Assembly: GCA_965213925.1 (NCBI GenBank)
Contig: OZ243927.1
Coordinates: forward strand, 1,760,001 to 1,824,000
DNA from: Trueperaceae bacterium
GTDB taxonomy: Bacteria > Deinococcota > Deinococci > Deinococcales > Trueperaceae
Reading direction: 5' to 3'
Length of the DNA stretch: 64,000 nucleotides
Shown here: in pieces, positions 10,113-19,760 of the stretch
Position numbering within the stretch: the first letter of the stretch is position 1
Layout of the letters: every line of letters starts with the position of its first letter
Notes under the pieces: model-generated
Seen by the model: only the letters and a program-made list of their open reading frames with translations
Databases searched by the model: none
What the model was told of the DNA's origin: nothing
Program-made: the position numbers and the translations under genes

Positions 10113-11188
10113 GCGGCTTCCTTCGCGCTGTCGGTATTTTCTACCTTGGAGTTTCTGGAGGTTCTTTTGACCGCGCCACCATGTGTTTTTTGCGCAGCCG
10201 CTTGGTTCCGCGCCACGCGCTCGGCGTAGTACGCTTGCAGGTTGAACGTGTCTTTTGTAAGCGAGAACACCTCGACGCCCGCGCCGACTAAGGTACTGGA
10301 GACGCGCCCCAGCGCGCCCTCGTCCGTCAGCGCGAAGACGACTTCGCCTTCGCCCCCGCCGACCTCGCCGATGAAGGGTTGCGTCTGCAGCGCGACTTTG
10401 GCTTGCGCCGCGTTCGAAACGCGCGCTTTGTAGCGCTGGCGGCGCTCACGTAAATCGACCTCTTCGACCAGCGCGCCCTCTTCTAAGATAGCGACCCTCG
10501 AGCAGTACGCCACGACCTCGTCCAGGTGATGCGTCGAGAGCAGGACCGCCGCGCCGCCCTCCGCCGCTCCGCGCAGCACGCGGTGCACGAGGTGGAGGCT
10601 CAAGGGGTCCATCCCGCTCGCGGGCTCGTCTAAAATGAGCACGTCGGGGCGCGTCAGAATCGCCGCCGCCACGCCCAAGCGCTGCCGCATCCCCAGGCTG
10701 TACGCGCCGACCTTGCGCTCCGCCGCGTTGCCGAGTTCGACGGTGTCCAACACCTCGGTGATGCGCCCCGCTTCGACGCCGCCCGCGAGCTGCGCGTGCA
10801 GGTGTAAGTTGGCGCGTCCCGTCAGGTAGGGGTAGAACGCCGCCGGAGCCTCCACGACCGCGCCCAACTTGCGGCGCACCTCCGGCGCGGTCAAGGGGTC
10901 CTCGCCGAGCAGCTTAACGGTACCGGAGGTCGGAAAGATAAGCCCGGTCAAAAGCCGAATCACCGTCGTTTTGCCCGCGCCGTTCGGTCCGACGAGCGCG
11001 TAGACCTCGCCGGGGTCGACGTGGAAGCTTAGGTCGCGCACGACGGGGCGTTTGCCCCGCACTTTGTTGAGATTCTGCACCTCGATAGCTTTTTGAGGTG
11101 CGTGGACGGCTGCGGCGATTTGCTTGCCCAACTCGTCCTCAACCTCGAAGTCGCTATCTAAGTCATCTAAGGAGAAAGCGTCATCCAT
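10109..11188 (-). CDS. ABC transporter ATP-binding protein
   Basis: GPNGAGKTT, YSLGMRQRLG, LILDEP. Confidence 0.95.
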   Translation of the reverse strand: MDDAFSLDDLDSDFEVEDELGKQIAAAVHAPQKAIEVQNLNKVRGKRPVVRDLSFHVDPGEVYALVGPNGAGKTTVIRLLTGLIFPTSGTVKLLGEDPLTAPEVRRKLGAVVEAPAAFYPYLTGRANLHLHAQLAGGVEAGRITEVLDTVELGNAAERKVGAYSLGMRQRLGVAAAILTRPDVLILDEPASGMDPLSLHLVHRVLRGAAEGGAAVLLSTHHLDEVVAYCSRVAILEEGALVEEVDLRERRQRYKARVSNAAQAKVALQTQPFIGEVGGGEGEVVFALTDEGALGRVSSTLVGAGVEVFSLTKDTFNLQAYYAERVARNQAAAQKTHGGAVKRTSRNSKVENTDSAKEAA

Positions 11189-11299
11189 GCCCTCTTATAT
11201 CAGCCGAGCGAGAGGGGCGACGCGAGATGTTTCTCAGTTGTGGGATGGCTCCCCCCGCTTGTCTGTGACGGATGCACAGCCAATGACGTTTAACGCGCC

Positions 11300-11776
11300 T
11301 CACGCCCCTCCCTGTAAGGTTTCTAACTTCTTCGCCACGCGCTCCGCGTGTCCCGTCGCTTTAACGTCATACATCGCCTCGGCGATCAGCCCTTGCGGGT
11401 CGATGATGAAGGTCGAGCGGATGATGCCCTCGTACGTCTTGCCGTAATTTTTCTTCTCGCCGTACGCGCCGTAGCGCAGGGCGACCTCGTGCTCCGGGTC
11501 ACTCAGGAGCGGAAAGGGCAAGCTGTTCTCCTCGGCGAAACTCTCGTGAGAGGAGAGGTCGTCCGCTGAAATGCCCAGCACTTGCGCGTTCAACCTCGCT
11601 GAGCTAGACAAGTCGCGAAAGTCGCACGCCTCCTGGGTGCAGCCCGGTGTGGCGTCTTTGGGGTAGTAGTACACCACAACCCATTCGCCTAGATGCTCGG
11701 CGAGTGTTTTGATCCCTCGGTTGGAGGGTAAGCTGAAGTCGGGGGCCCTGTCGCCCGCTTTGAGTTTGGTGCTCAT
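11300..11776 (-). CDS. bcp: peroxiredoxin Bcp/PrxQ
   Basis: YPKDATPGCTQEACDFRD motif. Confidence 0.95.
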   Translation of the reverse strand: MSTKLKAGDRAPDFSLPSNRGIKTLAEHLGEWVVVYYYPKDATPGCTQEACDFRDLSSSARLNAQVLGISADDLSSHESFAEENSLPFPLLSDPEHEVALRYGAYGEKKNYGKTYEGIIRSTFIIDPQGLIAEAMYDVKATGHAERVAKKLETLQGGA

Positions 11777-11927
11777 GAGGACAGCTTGACATGCGAAGAG
11801 GGCGCAGACAGTGTGGCGTCTCAGCTTCTCGGCAGGTCAGCCTTTCAGGAGAATCGTCGAGCGTCGTTCCCCAATCTCCTGAACCAACAGCGCAAACCTG
11901 TTTTCCTATTCGTCTTCTAACTTACTA

Positions 11928-12080
11928 CTCTGTCAGCTAAGTTCTGCGACGCTGTTGTCACCCTGAGCTTGTCGAAGGGTCTCGTCTTGCAATCTCGGCT
12001 AGCCGAGATTGCAAGACGAGATTCTTTCTCTCCGCTGCGCTGCGCTCAGAATGACATACTTCATTTTTTAGCTGACAGTG
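11928..12080. mobile_element. REP-based MITE, copy 6
   Basis: TA-CTCTGTCAGC...GCTGACAGTG-TA; central palindrome TCTCGTCTTGCAATCTCGGCTAGCCGAGATTGCAAGACGAGA. Confidence 0.8.
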
Positions 12081-12089
12081 TACTTACTA

Positions 12090-12300
12090 CTCTGTTAAGT
12101 GAAAGATGAGTCATGTCATTCTGAACGTAACGAAGTGGAGCCCTTTACAGGATAGGCTTCGCCTGATGAAAGAATCTCTGACCTTGCTGACTCCTCTGAC
12201 AGAGATTGAAAGTTACGTAGTTTTGGCTACTGCCAAACGAGACCCCTCGACTGCGCTCCGCTCGGGGTGACAACAGTGTTGCATTCCTTGCTTAACGCTG
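12090..12300. mobile_element. REP-based MITE, copy 7, adjacent to copy 6 in opposite orientation
   Basis: TA-CTCTGTTAAG...CTTAACGCTG-TA. Confidence 0.8.
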
Positions 12301-12435
12301 TACTTACTCCAAATCCTTACAACCTGACTGGCTGACAAGATGACCAGCTTTTTCCTGATCGACTGACGAGCTGACACGCTTCTTCTGCTAAAGTGGACCT
12401 CATGACACTATCCTCTTACTGCGAGGGCTACGAGC

Positions 12436-13119
12436 GTGCCTGACCTCGAGGCTCAAAAAGAACAAGCTGCCTTGAAAGCGTTGGGGCACATCGAAAGCGG
12501 TATGCGCGTCGGGCTCGGCACGGGCAGCACGGCAAAATACCTCATTCAAGCGTTGGGGCAAAACCTTCGCAAAGGTGCGCTGCAAGATATCTCCGCCGTG
12601 CCGACCTCAGAAGCGACGGCGCAGATGGCGAGAGACCTCGGTATTCCTTTACAAGACCTCTCTGCGTCGGGCGTGGACGTCGCCGTCGACGGCATGGATG
12701 AGGTGACGGATACCTTAGACGCCATCAAAGGACTAGGCGGCGCGTTAGCGCGGGAGAAGGTCGTAGCGGCGAGAGCGGCGCGCTTCATCCTCATCGGCGA
12801 CGACACCAAGCGCGTGCGCTATCTGGGCGAGAAAGCGCCTGTCCCCGTCGAGGTGCTCCCCTTCGGTTGGCGAGCGGCGCGCGCGGACCTCGCCGCGCTC
12901 GGCTGCGAGGTCGTGCTGAGAGAGAAAGAGGGCGAGACCGTGAAGAGCGATAACGGTAACCTCTTGCTCGACTGTCACTTCTCGGAGCCCTTTGACGTGC
13001 AAGAGGTCGCCGTGCGAATAAGCGTCATTCCCGGCGTGTTGGAGCACGGCCTCTTCTTAGGGCTCGCCGAACGCGCCTTCGTCGCCACCGCCGAAGAGGT
13101 CACCGAACTTCGTCTATGA
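12436..13119 (+). CDS. rpiA: ribose-5-phosphate isomerase A
   Basis: GLGTGSTA, DGMDEV, IKGLGGALAREKVV, GVLEHGLF. Confidence 0.96.
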   Translation: MPDLEAQKEQAALKALGHIESGMRVGLGTGSTAKYLIQALGQNLRKGALQDISAVPTSEATAQMARDLGIPLQDLSASGVDVAVDGMDEVTDTLDAIKGLGGALAREKVVAARAARFILIGDDTKRVRYLGEKAPVPVEVLPFGWRAARADLAALGCEVVLREKEGETVKSDNGNLLLDCHFSEPFDVQEVAVRISVIPGVLEHGLFLGLAERAFVATAEEVTELRL

Positions 13120-13129
13120 GGCTTAGCCT

Positions 13130-13489
13130 ATGATTGTCGCTATCGGGCTCGACGTAATCGAATTGGAGCGCATCCAGGGTGTCTGGAACCGGCACCGCCA
13201 CCGCTTTCTGGAGCGGCATTTTCACCCGGACGAACTCGAGTACTGCCTCAAGCAGAAGAACGCGCTGCCGAGTTTAGCGGCCCGCTTCGCCGCCAAAGAA
13301 GCCTTTCAGAAGTGCTGGCCCGAGCCGCACGGCTGGCGCGACGTGTGGGTGCTGCGCGACGGGATGAAGCCCGTGCTGCGTTACAGCGAAGAAATAGAGG
13401 CAGTCATGGCGCGCGAAGGGTGGCGCGCGCACCTGAGCTTGACGCATTCCAAAGCGCACGCGGCGGCGGTGGTGGTGCTCGAGACGTAG
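13130..13489 (+). CDS. acpS: holo-ACP synthase (4'-phosphopantetheinyl transferase)
   Basis: [24 protein letters not shown]. Confidence 0.93.
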   Translation: MIVAIGLDVIELERIQGVWNRHRHRFLERHFHPDELEYCLKQKNALPSLAARFAAKEAFQKCWPEPHGWRDVWVLRDGMKPVLRYSEEIEAVMAREGWRAHLSLTHSKAHAAAVVVLET

Positions 13490-13490
13490 C

Positions 13491-14414
13491 TTAGTCGTTA
13501 CGCGCTAGAAACTCGAGCACCACCTCGTTGAACGTCTGCGCCCGGTCCTCATTCGGCAAGAGCTTCGCACCCGTAATCGGCACGAACTCGGTCTGCGGTC
13601 TCGCCCGCAAGAAGTCCGCCGCGTCGCCGATGGGCGTCGTGTCGCCCTCCGTCCCCCACAAGATGAGGGAGGGTTGCACCACCTCCGGCCAGAGCCCCGA
13701 GACATCTTGGTCTAAGTTGCCCGAGATAAAGGAGAGTACCGCCCACTTCGCGTTCTCCACCTTGAGGTTGCGGTCGTAGGTCGCCAGGACCTCGGGCGTG
13801 AGGCTCTCGCGGCTCGCGTAAGCGTCTAGGAGAAAGAGCCGCTGCGTCCCCTCATCTAAGAGCGTGACGTAGATTAAATTGCCCGTGAAGCCGGTGAAGC
13901 GCCCGAACGCCTCTATACGCGCCTCGTTCTGAGGTCGCGCCAAGCGCTCGTATCCCGTCGGGCTGATGAGGACGAGGCTTTTCGCCGCGCCCGGTCGCTC
14001 CGCCGCGATGCGAATCGCGTACGCCGCGCTGAGCCCGTTCGCCACGAGCACCGCTTCGCCCGAGACCTCTTCTAAAAACGCCGTGAGTTGCGCCACGTAT
14101 AGGTCCTGCGTGTAGCGAAGCTCGGGATGCGCGCTGCGCCCGAAGCCCAAGAGGTCGACGACGTAGACCCTGTAGCCAGCGGCGGCGAGCGCGGGCGCGT
14201 TTTTGCGGTACTGAAAGCCGGAGGAGCCCCCGCCGATGCCGTGCACCATCACAACGGCTGGACCCTCCCCGATGACCTCGTAGTAGGTTTCGTATTCGCC
14301 CAGCGTGACGGTTCGCGTCTGCGTCCCCGGAATGATCGCAGGCTCTTGCTCGATATCTAACGAGGGCAAGCACGCGCTGAGCAGGAGCGCTAGGGGGACG
14401 AAAAAGCGCTTCAC
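13491..14414 (-). CDS. alpha/beta-fold lipoprotein with a degenerate catalytic triad
   Basis: GTG 14414 overlaps the sufU stop; lipobox LLSAC; HGIGGG and DLLGFGRS motifs; elbow reads ANGLS. Confidence 0.85.
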   Translation of the reverse strand: MKRFFVPLALLLSACLPSLDIEQEPAIIPGTQTRTVTLGEYETYYEVIGEGPAVVMVHGIGGGSSGFQYRKNAPALAAAGYRVYVVDLLGFGRSAHPELRYTQDLYVAQLTAFLEEVSGEAVLVANGLSAAYAIRIAAERPGAAKSLVLISPTGYERLARPQNEARIEAFGRFTGFTGNLIYVTLLDEGTQRLFLLDAYASRESLTPEVLATYDRNLKVENAKWAVLSFISGNLDQDVSGLWPEVVQPSLILWGTEGDTTPIGDAADFLRARPQTEFVPITGAKLLPNEDRAQTFNEVVLEFLARND

Positions 14415-14830
14415 GGGGCGCGCTCTAAGGCACGCTCGAGCGTCACCCACGGCAGCGCGGCGCACTTCACGCGGGCGTGCAGCTTCGCGACGCCCTGGAG
14501 CATCCTCAAGTCGCCGAGGTCGGCGCTAGGCGGCTCGCCCTGCAGCATCGCCTTGAACTTTTCGCTCGTCGCTAAGGTCTCTGCCAACGTCTTGCCCTTG
14601 ACCGCTTCGCTCATCATCGAGGCGGAACTCTGGCTGATGGCGCAGCCCTCGCCCACGAACTTCACGTCGGTAATGACGTTTTCCTCGACGATAAGAAACA
14701 GCTCCAACTCGTCGCCACACGAGGGGTTGAGTCCCTCCTCGCGCACGGTGGCGTCCGCGAGTTCGCCCCGGTTACGCGGGCGTTTGTAGTGCTCTAAGAT
14801 GACCTCTTTGTATAGATTCTCTAGTGCCAT
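14411..14830 (-). CDS. sufU: SufU/IscU-family Fe-S assembly protein
   Basis: LYKEVILEHY, NPSCGD, GCAISQSSAS, RVKCA. Confidence 0.95.
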   Translation of the reverse strand: MALENLYKEVILEHYKRPRNRGELADATVREEGLNPSCGDELELFLIVEENVITDVKFVGEGCAISQSSASMMSEAVKGKTLAETLATSEKFKAMLQGEPPSADLGDLRMLQGVAKLHARVKCAALPWVTLERALERAP

Positions 14831-14839
14831 CTGGGTTCC

Positions 14840-15232
14840 CTACATCATTCCTGAGTTGTCGGCGACTTCCCAAAGGTGACCATCAGGGTCAGCGAAATAG
14901 CCCGAGTATCCACCCCAAAAAGCTTTTTGCGCATACTTCACGATACGTCCGACCGCTCTTTCTGCTTGTTTTAGAAGCGCATCAACCTCCCCTTCGGTCT
15001 CGACGTTATGCGCGAGTGTGACGCCTGAAAAGCCGGCTTCTCCGACGGGTACTTGAGCGTCTTCGGCTAATGCGTCTCTTGAGAAGAGCGCGAGCGTTAG
15101 ACCTCTAAGGGGGATGAAAACGATGCTACCGCTATTCTCGCTTGGAGTTAGACCGAGTCCATCACGGTAAAATGAGAGGGAGCGCTCCAAGTCTTGAACG
15201 CCTAAGGTAACGATGCTGATGCGAGGTTCCAT
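14840..15232 (-). CDS. VOC/glyoxalase-family protein
   Basis: MEPRISIVTLGV.DL, FWGGYSGYFADPDGHLWEV. Start re-called at 15232; TAAGCT 7 nt upstream. Confidence 0.92.
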   Translation of the reverse strand: MEPRISIVTLGVQDLERSLSFYRDGLGLTPSENSGSIVFIPLRGLTLALFSRDALAEDAQVPVGEAGFSGVTLAHNVETEGEVDALLKQAERAVGRIVKYAQKAFWGGYSGYFADPDGHLWEVADNSGMM

Positions 15233-15448
15233 AGAGCTAAGCTTACTCGAAAAAGTCAAGCGTGCGCGTTTCGGGGCTCGAGCATCCTTTTGCCACGCTG
15301 GACGACCTCGCGAACCCTGTGTTACGCTCCAGCTATGCTTCATCAGGTACTGACAACTGGTCCTGCTCGTCCGCACGGTGGCTCGGGCGACATCAGGCAA
15401 TAGGGACTGGTCTGTCAACTTTTCATCTCTAAAACCTGAGGAGTACCC

Positions 15449-16645
15449 GTGCAAAATTTACGTATTCGTTTGTTGCGTTTCTACGCCACTGTGTCGTCTC
15501 ATTCCTATCAAAAACAGCAATTCTTCTCCTGCCTCGCAATCTTTTTCGTTCTCGGGTTACAGTCGGGCGCGTGGACCGTGCTGCTCGCTGATCTTGCGGA
15601 GGCTGCGAATGCTAACCCGGCTCGGTTGGGCGTTGCTCTGACGAGCATATCCGCTGCGGGCATCACGTCGCTTATCTTCGGAGGACGCCTAACCGATGTC
15701 CTCACTCGGCGTACGATTCTCGTTCTTTCTCTTATCGGCTCAGCCATGTTCTTTGCCATGCTCAGCGCGGTTTCTACCTACACGCAACTACTTGCCGCTT
15801 TCATCTTCGGGGGTCTCGTCATCAGCTTCTTTGACCTCATCGCCAACGCGATCGGCGGCGACTTTGAGCAGCAACACGGGAAAGCTCGCCTTACCTTCTT
15901 CCACGCGGGCTGGAGTTTCGGTGCGGCGTTGGGAGCCCTTGCAAGCGGGGTCGCCCTAGCTGTAGAGATAAGCTACTCGGCGCTCTTCGTTAGGTTGGCG
16001 GGTCTGCTTGTCTTTGCTGGACTCTTGAGCATCATTGCGCCCTTCCCTAAACAAGTGCGAGAACGAGAAGCGTCAGCGCAAACATCAGGGCGTGTGCTTA
16101 GTATCCGGGGTGTACTGCTCGCCGCACTACTAGTCGTTTCGACCTTCTCCATTGACGCGGGGCTCGAGGGCTACATCTCCCTCTATCTAAGGCAACTCAT
16201 CGGGAGCGGCGCACTTTTGGGCGGTATCAGTGTGGCGCTTCTCTACAGTGCTGCGGTTGTAGGAAGGCTCATGAGTGGCGCGGCGATTGGGCGTTTCGGA
16301 GAGCGGCATGTCATCTTGGTGTCCGGCGTGCTGACGCTGGTTGCGCTGCTACTTATCACGCTCTTCACCTCCACCTTACCTGTCGCTATAGGACTGCTTA
16401 TTATCGGTCTGGCATTATCCCCGCTCGCTCCCATTGCTTATTCGCAAGCAGCGAGAGCTGTGCCGGGGCGCGGTGGGCAAGCCGCCTCTGCGGTGACAAT
16501 CTTCGGTTACAGCGCCTTCTTGATTGCGCCTCTAATTATTGGTGGTGTAGCTGAACTTGCCTCATTGAGAACTGCGTTTATGCTACTTTTCGTCTCCGGT
16601 TTTGGCATTGTTGCGGTGTCTCGAGCGACGAAACCAAGCGCGTAG
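15449..16645 (+). CDS. MFS transporter
   Basis: About 12 hydrophobic segments; GGRLTDVLTRR and GRFGER MFS loop motifs. Confidence 0.88.
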   Translation: MQNLRIRLLRFYATVSSHSYQKQQFFSCLAIFFVLGLQSGAWTVLLADLAEAANANPARLGVALTSISAAGITSLIFGGRLTDVLTRRTILVLSLIGSAMFFAMLSAVSTYTQLLAAFIFGGLVISFFDLIANAIGGDFEQQHGKARLTFFHAGWSFGAALGALASGVALAVEISYSALFVRLAGLLVFAGLLSIIAPFPKQVREREASAQTSGRVLSIRGVLLAALLVVSTFSIDAGLEGYISLYLRQLIGSGALLGGISVALLYSAAVVGRLMSGAAIGRFGERHVILVSGVLTLVALLLITLFTSTLPVAIGLLIIGLALSPLAPIAYSQAARAVPGRGGQAASAVTIFGYSAFLIAPLIIGGVAELASLRTAFMLLFVSGFGIVAVSRATKPSA

Positions 16646-16682
16646 GACATATGTCTAACCTCTCAAAAGGTAAACTGTTCAC

Positions 16683-17807
16683 ATGAGTCAAGGTCCTACC
16701 GGAATCGTCATGATGAACTTGGGCGGTCCCAAAAATTTAGATGAGGTCCAACCCTTTCTCCTCAAACTGTTCGAAGACCGCGAGATCATCCAACTTCCCG
16801 TGCAGAAATACCTGGGTCCTTTCATCGCGAACCGCCGCACCAAAAGCGTGCAGCAGAACTACGCCGACATCGGCGGCGGCTCCCCGATTCTCAAGTGGAC
16901 TGAGGAGCAGGGGCAGGGCATGGTGGAGCGCTTAGACGAGATGTCACCGGAGACCGCGCCACATAAGTTTTACGTCGCATTTCGTTACGTCAACCCCTTT
17001 AGCGAAGACGCCCTACAAGCGATGAAAAACGACGGCGTCAAGCGAGCGGTGGCGTTCACGCAGTACCCGCAGTTTTCGTGCTCCACAACGGGCTCGTCCT
17101 TGAACGAACTCTGGCGGGCAGCGCGTCGCGTCGGATTGCAAAACGAGTTCGAGTGGAGCGTCATTGACCGCTGGCCCACCCATCCGCGCTTCATCGAGGC
17201 GATGACGGAGACCGTGAAGCAAGGTCTGGAACAGTTCGACGAGGCAGACCGCGACGACGTGCTCGTCCTCTTTAGCGCGCACTCGCTGCCCTTAGACGTT
17301 ATCAACCGGGGCGACGCCTACCCCGCCGAAATCGGCGCGTCGGTCCACGAGGTGATGTCGCGCTTAGACTACTCGCATGAATACATTCTCGCCTATCAGT
17401 CCGACGTAGGTCCGGTGCCCTGGCTCGGACCTGGCACCGAAAAGGTTCTCAAGAATTTAGGCGCGAAAAAGCGCAAAAACGTCCTCGTCGTCGGCGTCGC
17501 CTTCACGAGCGACCATATCGAGACGCTCCACGAACTCGACATCGAGTATGGCGAGTTAGCGCATGAGGTGGGCATCGAAAACTACAAGCGTGCGCCCGCT
17601 CTAAACGGAATGCCTGTCTTTCAAGACGCGCTCGCGGAAATCGTACATGAGCATCTTCAGTCCGGCGAAGCCTGCACGAAGCAGTACGGTTTGCGCTGCC
17701 CCGGCTGCGTGAACCCGCAGTGTCGCAACATCCTCAATCCGGTTGCGCCTTATAAGCGCACGAAGGTGAGTGTGGGGAAAGGGAACAAGCAGTATCAGGC
17801 GGTGTAA
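16683..17807 (+). CDS. hemH: ferrochelatase, eukaryote-like, with C-terminal [2Fe-2S] cysteine motif
   Basis: NLGGP, GGGSP, FSAHSLP, FTSDHIETL.ELD motifs; QYPQFSCSTTGSS and CPGCVNPQC. Confidence 0.96.
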   Translation: MSQGPTGIVMMNLGGPKNLDEVQPFLLKLFEDREIIQLPVQKYLGPFIANRRTKSVQQNYADIGGGSPILKWTEEQGQGMVERLDEMSPETAPHKFYVAFRYVNPFSEDALQAMKNDGVKRAVAFTQYPQFSCSTTGSSLNELWRAARRVGLQNEFEWSVIDRWPTHPRFIEAMTETVKQGLEQFDEADRDDVLVLFSAHSLPLDVINRGDAYPAEIGASVHEVMSRLDYSHEYILAYQSDVGPVPWLGPGTEKVLKNLGAKKRKNVLVVGVAFTSDHIETLHELDIEYGELAHEVGIENYKRAPALNGMPVFQDALAEIVHEHLQSGEACTKQYGLRCPGCVNPQCRNILNPVAPYKRTKVSVGKGNKQYQAV

Positions 17808-17855
17808 CCGCTATTCGAAGTAACAGAGAAAGGAGTAGCGCAGAGTAGTGCCGCG

Positions 17856-18332
17856 CTACTCCTTTTTCAGTTGCCCCATTTTGTAGAGATACACCGCTAA
17901 AATCAGCAGGGGAAGAAAAAGACTCGAGACAATCAGCACCGGCACGCCCCATGCCACCTCGACACCTTGCGCCGTTCGCACCGTGAGCCACGAGAGAAAG
18001 AAAAAGATGCTGACAGTGAGCAGCTTGAGCCACGCCATCAGTTCGTTTACGAGAGGTCTCGAGCGCCCCGACGTGTCTTCTTTAATGTGCTTGGGGAGAT
18101 TCCAAAGAGGTGAACGGAGCGGTACGAACGAGAGCGCCGTGAACATCGCATAGAGTCCTAGACTAACGAACCAGAGTGACCAGATACTGTCTTTAGAGCC
18201 GAAGTCGTCCGCTTGCCCTGCCGCATTAAAGTGTGTCGGCACGGTGCTCGGTAAAGAGGTGTAGGAAACCCAGAGGTAGACGAGGTGCAGCGCGAGCACC
18301 GTAAGAGAGAGACTCTCGAGCCAGCGCCGCAC
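17856..18332 (-). CDS. DUF1648-type membrane protein
   Basis: Y..LP..VPTHFNAAGQAD.FGSK motif; 4 TM segments. Confidence 0.8.
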   Translation of the reverse strand: MRRWLESLSLTVLALHLVYLWVSYTSLPSTVPTHFNAAGQADDFGSKDSIWSLWFVSLGLYAMFTALSFVPLRSPLWNLPKHIKEDTSGRSRPLVNELMAWLKLLTVSIFFFLSWLTVRTAQGVEVAWGVPVLIVSSLFLPLLILAVYLYKMGQLKKE

Positions 18333-18338
18333 TGACCT

Positions 18339-19760
18339 CTACTCCGTACCCTCGAGTTCTATCGTCACCACTTCCCCAAACTCCTCCAAAGGCATATCGA
18401 ACTGCGAAGCGTCCCCTACGACCATCACGACGAGCCCGTCTGGGCGCAGCTCCGAACGCGCGACCTCTTGCACGTCCTCCGCTGAGACCTCTTGGACGCC
18501 GTTGATGTAGTCTTCGTAGTAGTTCTCTTCTAGGTCTAAAAACTCCGCTTGCGCGCTGCGCTGCGCCACTTGCGCCGAAGAGGTGAAGCGGAAGACGGCG
18601 CGGCTCAGCAGGGTCTCTTTTTGCTGCTCCAACTCGGCTTCGGTGACGCCCTCTTGTTGCAACCCCTCGATTTCCGCTTGCAAGAGATTCAAGACTTGCC
18701 CGGTGGCGTCGCCGCGCGAGAGCGAATAAGCGTAGAAAAAGCCCGGATACTGATAGCCCTGCGTCAAGCCGCTGCCTGTCGCGTACGCTAAGCCGCGCCG
18801 CGTGCGAATCTCCGTGGTGATGCGCGAGGAGAAGCCTTCGCCGCCCAAAATGCCGTTCGCCACGGTGAGGTCGGCGTAGTTGGGTGAGTAGGCTAAAACG
18901 CTCGGGTGCCCCATGAAGATGACGCTCTGCGTAGTCTCTTTAGGGGCGTAGTAGACTCTCGGCTCGGGCGTGGGGTCGAACTCGGGCAGCTCGGGGTAGT
19001 TTACGTCCACTCGTTCCCAGTCGCTGAAGGTCGCCTCGAGCTTCTCCACCATCTCATCGCGTTCGAAGTCGCCGCTGACCGCCAGAACCGTCTCGTTCGG
19101 CGCGTAGTAGCGCTCATAGAAGCTCACTACATCGTCTCTCGTGACACTCTGAACCGTCTCCACAGTAGGAAATTCACCCACCGGATGCCCCTCCGCGACG
19201 CGCCTCACGAACTCGCGCTGGGCGATGCCGACCGGGTCGTCGTTCTGGCGGCGCAACTCCTCCAGGGTGCGTCCGCGCAGGAGTTCCAGGCGGTCTTCAC
19301 TGAATTGCGGACGCTGCAGCACATCGCCGAACACCTCTAAGACCTCGTCGATATTGTCCGAGAGCGCCGAGAAGCTCACCGCGGCGGAGTTGTTGCTGGC
19401 GGAGCCCTCCACCGAAGCGGCTAAGAACTCCAAGGTCTCGTCTACCTCGTCAGCACTCCTCTCGCCCGCGCCGCCCGTGCGCAAGAGGTCGGCGGTCATC
19501 GCGGCTAAGCCGATTTTACCTTCCGGGTCGTAGAGGCTGGGGGCGCGGACGTAGGCAAGTCCTTCGGTGAGGGGCAGCGAGGAATCAGTAAGCAGATACA
19601 CCACCATTCCGTTAGAGAGTTCGACGCGCTCGGGCTCGAGCGTGACCTCATCTAACTCGCCGAAGGTCATCTCGAAGGGGTCGGGCCAGCTATCGGGGGC
19701 GGGCTGCGCCGTAGCGAGGGCGAACGTTGCTAACAGGAGGGAAAGTGAAAGACGAATCAT
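18339..19760 (-). CDS. M16 peptidase, non-catalytic partner subunit (exported)
   Basis: Signal peptide; LSNG; no HxxEH; SRI..EIR..RGLAY motif. Confidence 0.9.
   Translation of the reverse strand: MIRLSLSLLLATFALATAQPAPDSWPDPFEMTFGELDEVTLEPERVELSNGMVVYLLTDSSLPLTEGLAYVRAPSLYDPEGKIGLAAMTADLLRTGGAGERSADEVDETLEFLAASVEGSASNNSAAVSFSALSDNIDEVLEVFGDVLQRPQFSEDRLELLRGRTLEELRRQNDDPVGIAQREFVRRVAEGHPVGEFPTVETVQSVTRDDVVSFYERYYAPNETVLAVSGDFERDEMVEKLEATFSDWERVDVNYPELPEFDPTPEPRVYYAPKETTQSVIFMGHPSVLAYSPNYADLTVANGILGGEGFSSRITTEIRTRRGLAYATGSGLTQGYQYPGFFYAYSLSRGDATGQVLNLLQAEIEGLQQEGVTEAELEQQKETLLSRAVFRFTSSAQVAQRSAQAEFLDLEENYYEDYINGVQEVSAEDVQEVARSELRPDGLVVMVVGDASQFDMPLEEFGEVVTIELEGTE

Noticed and set aside
242..12300. 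Recurrent palindromic repeats as a CRISPR array
   Set aside because: No regular repeat-spacer periodicity and no cas genes; the copies are dispersed and MITE-like.
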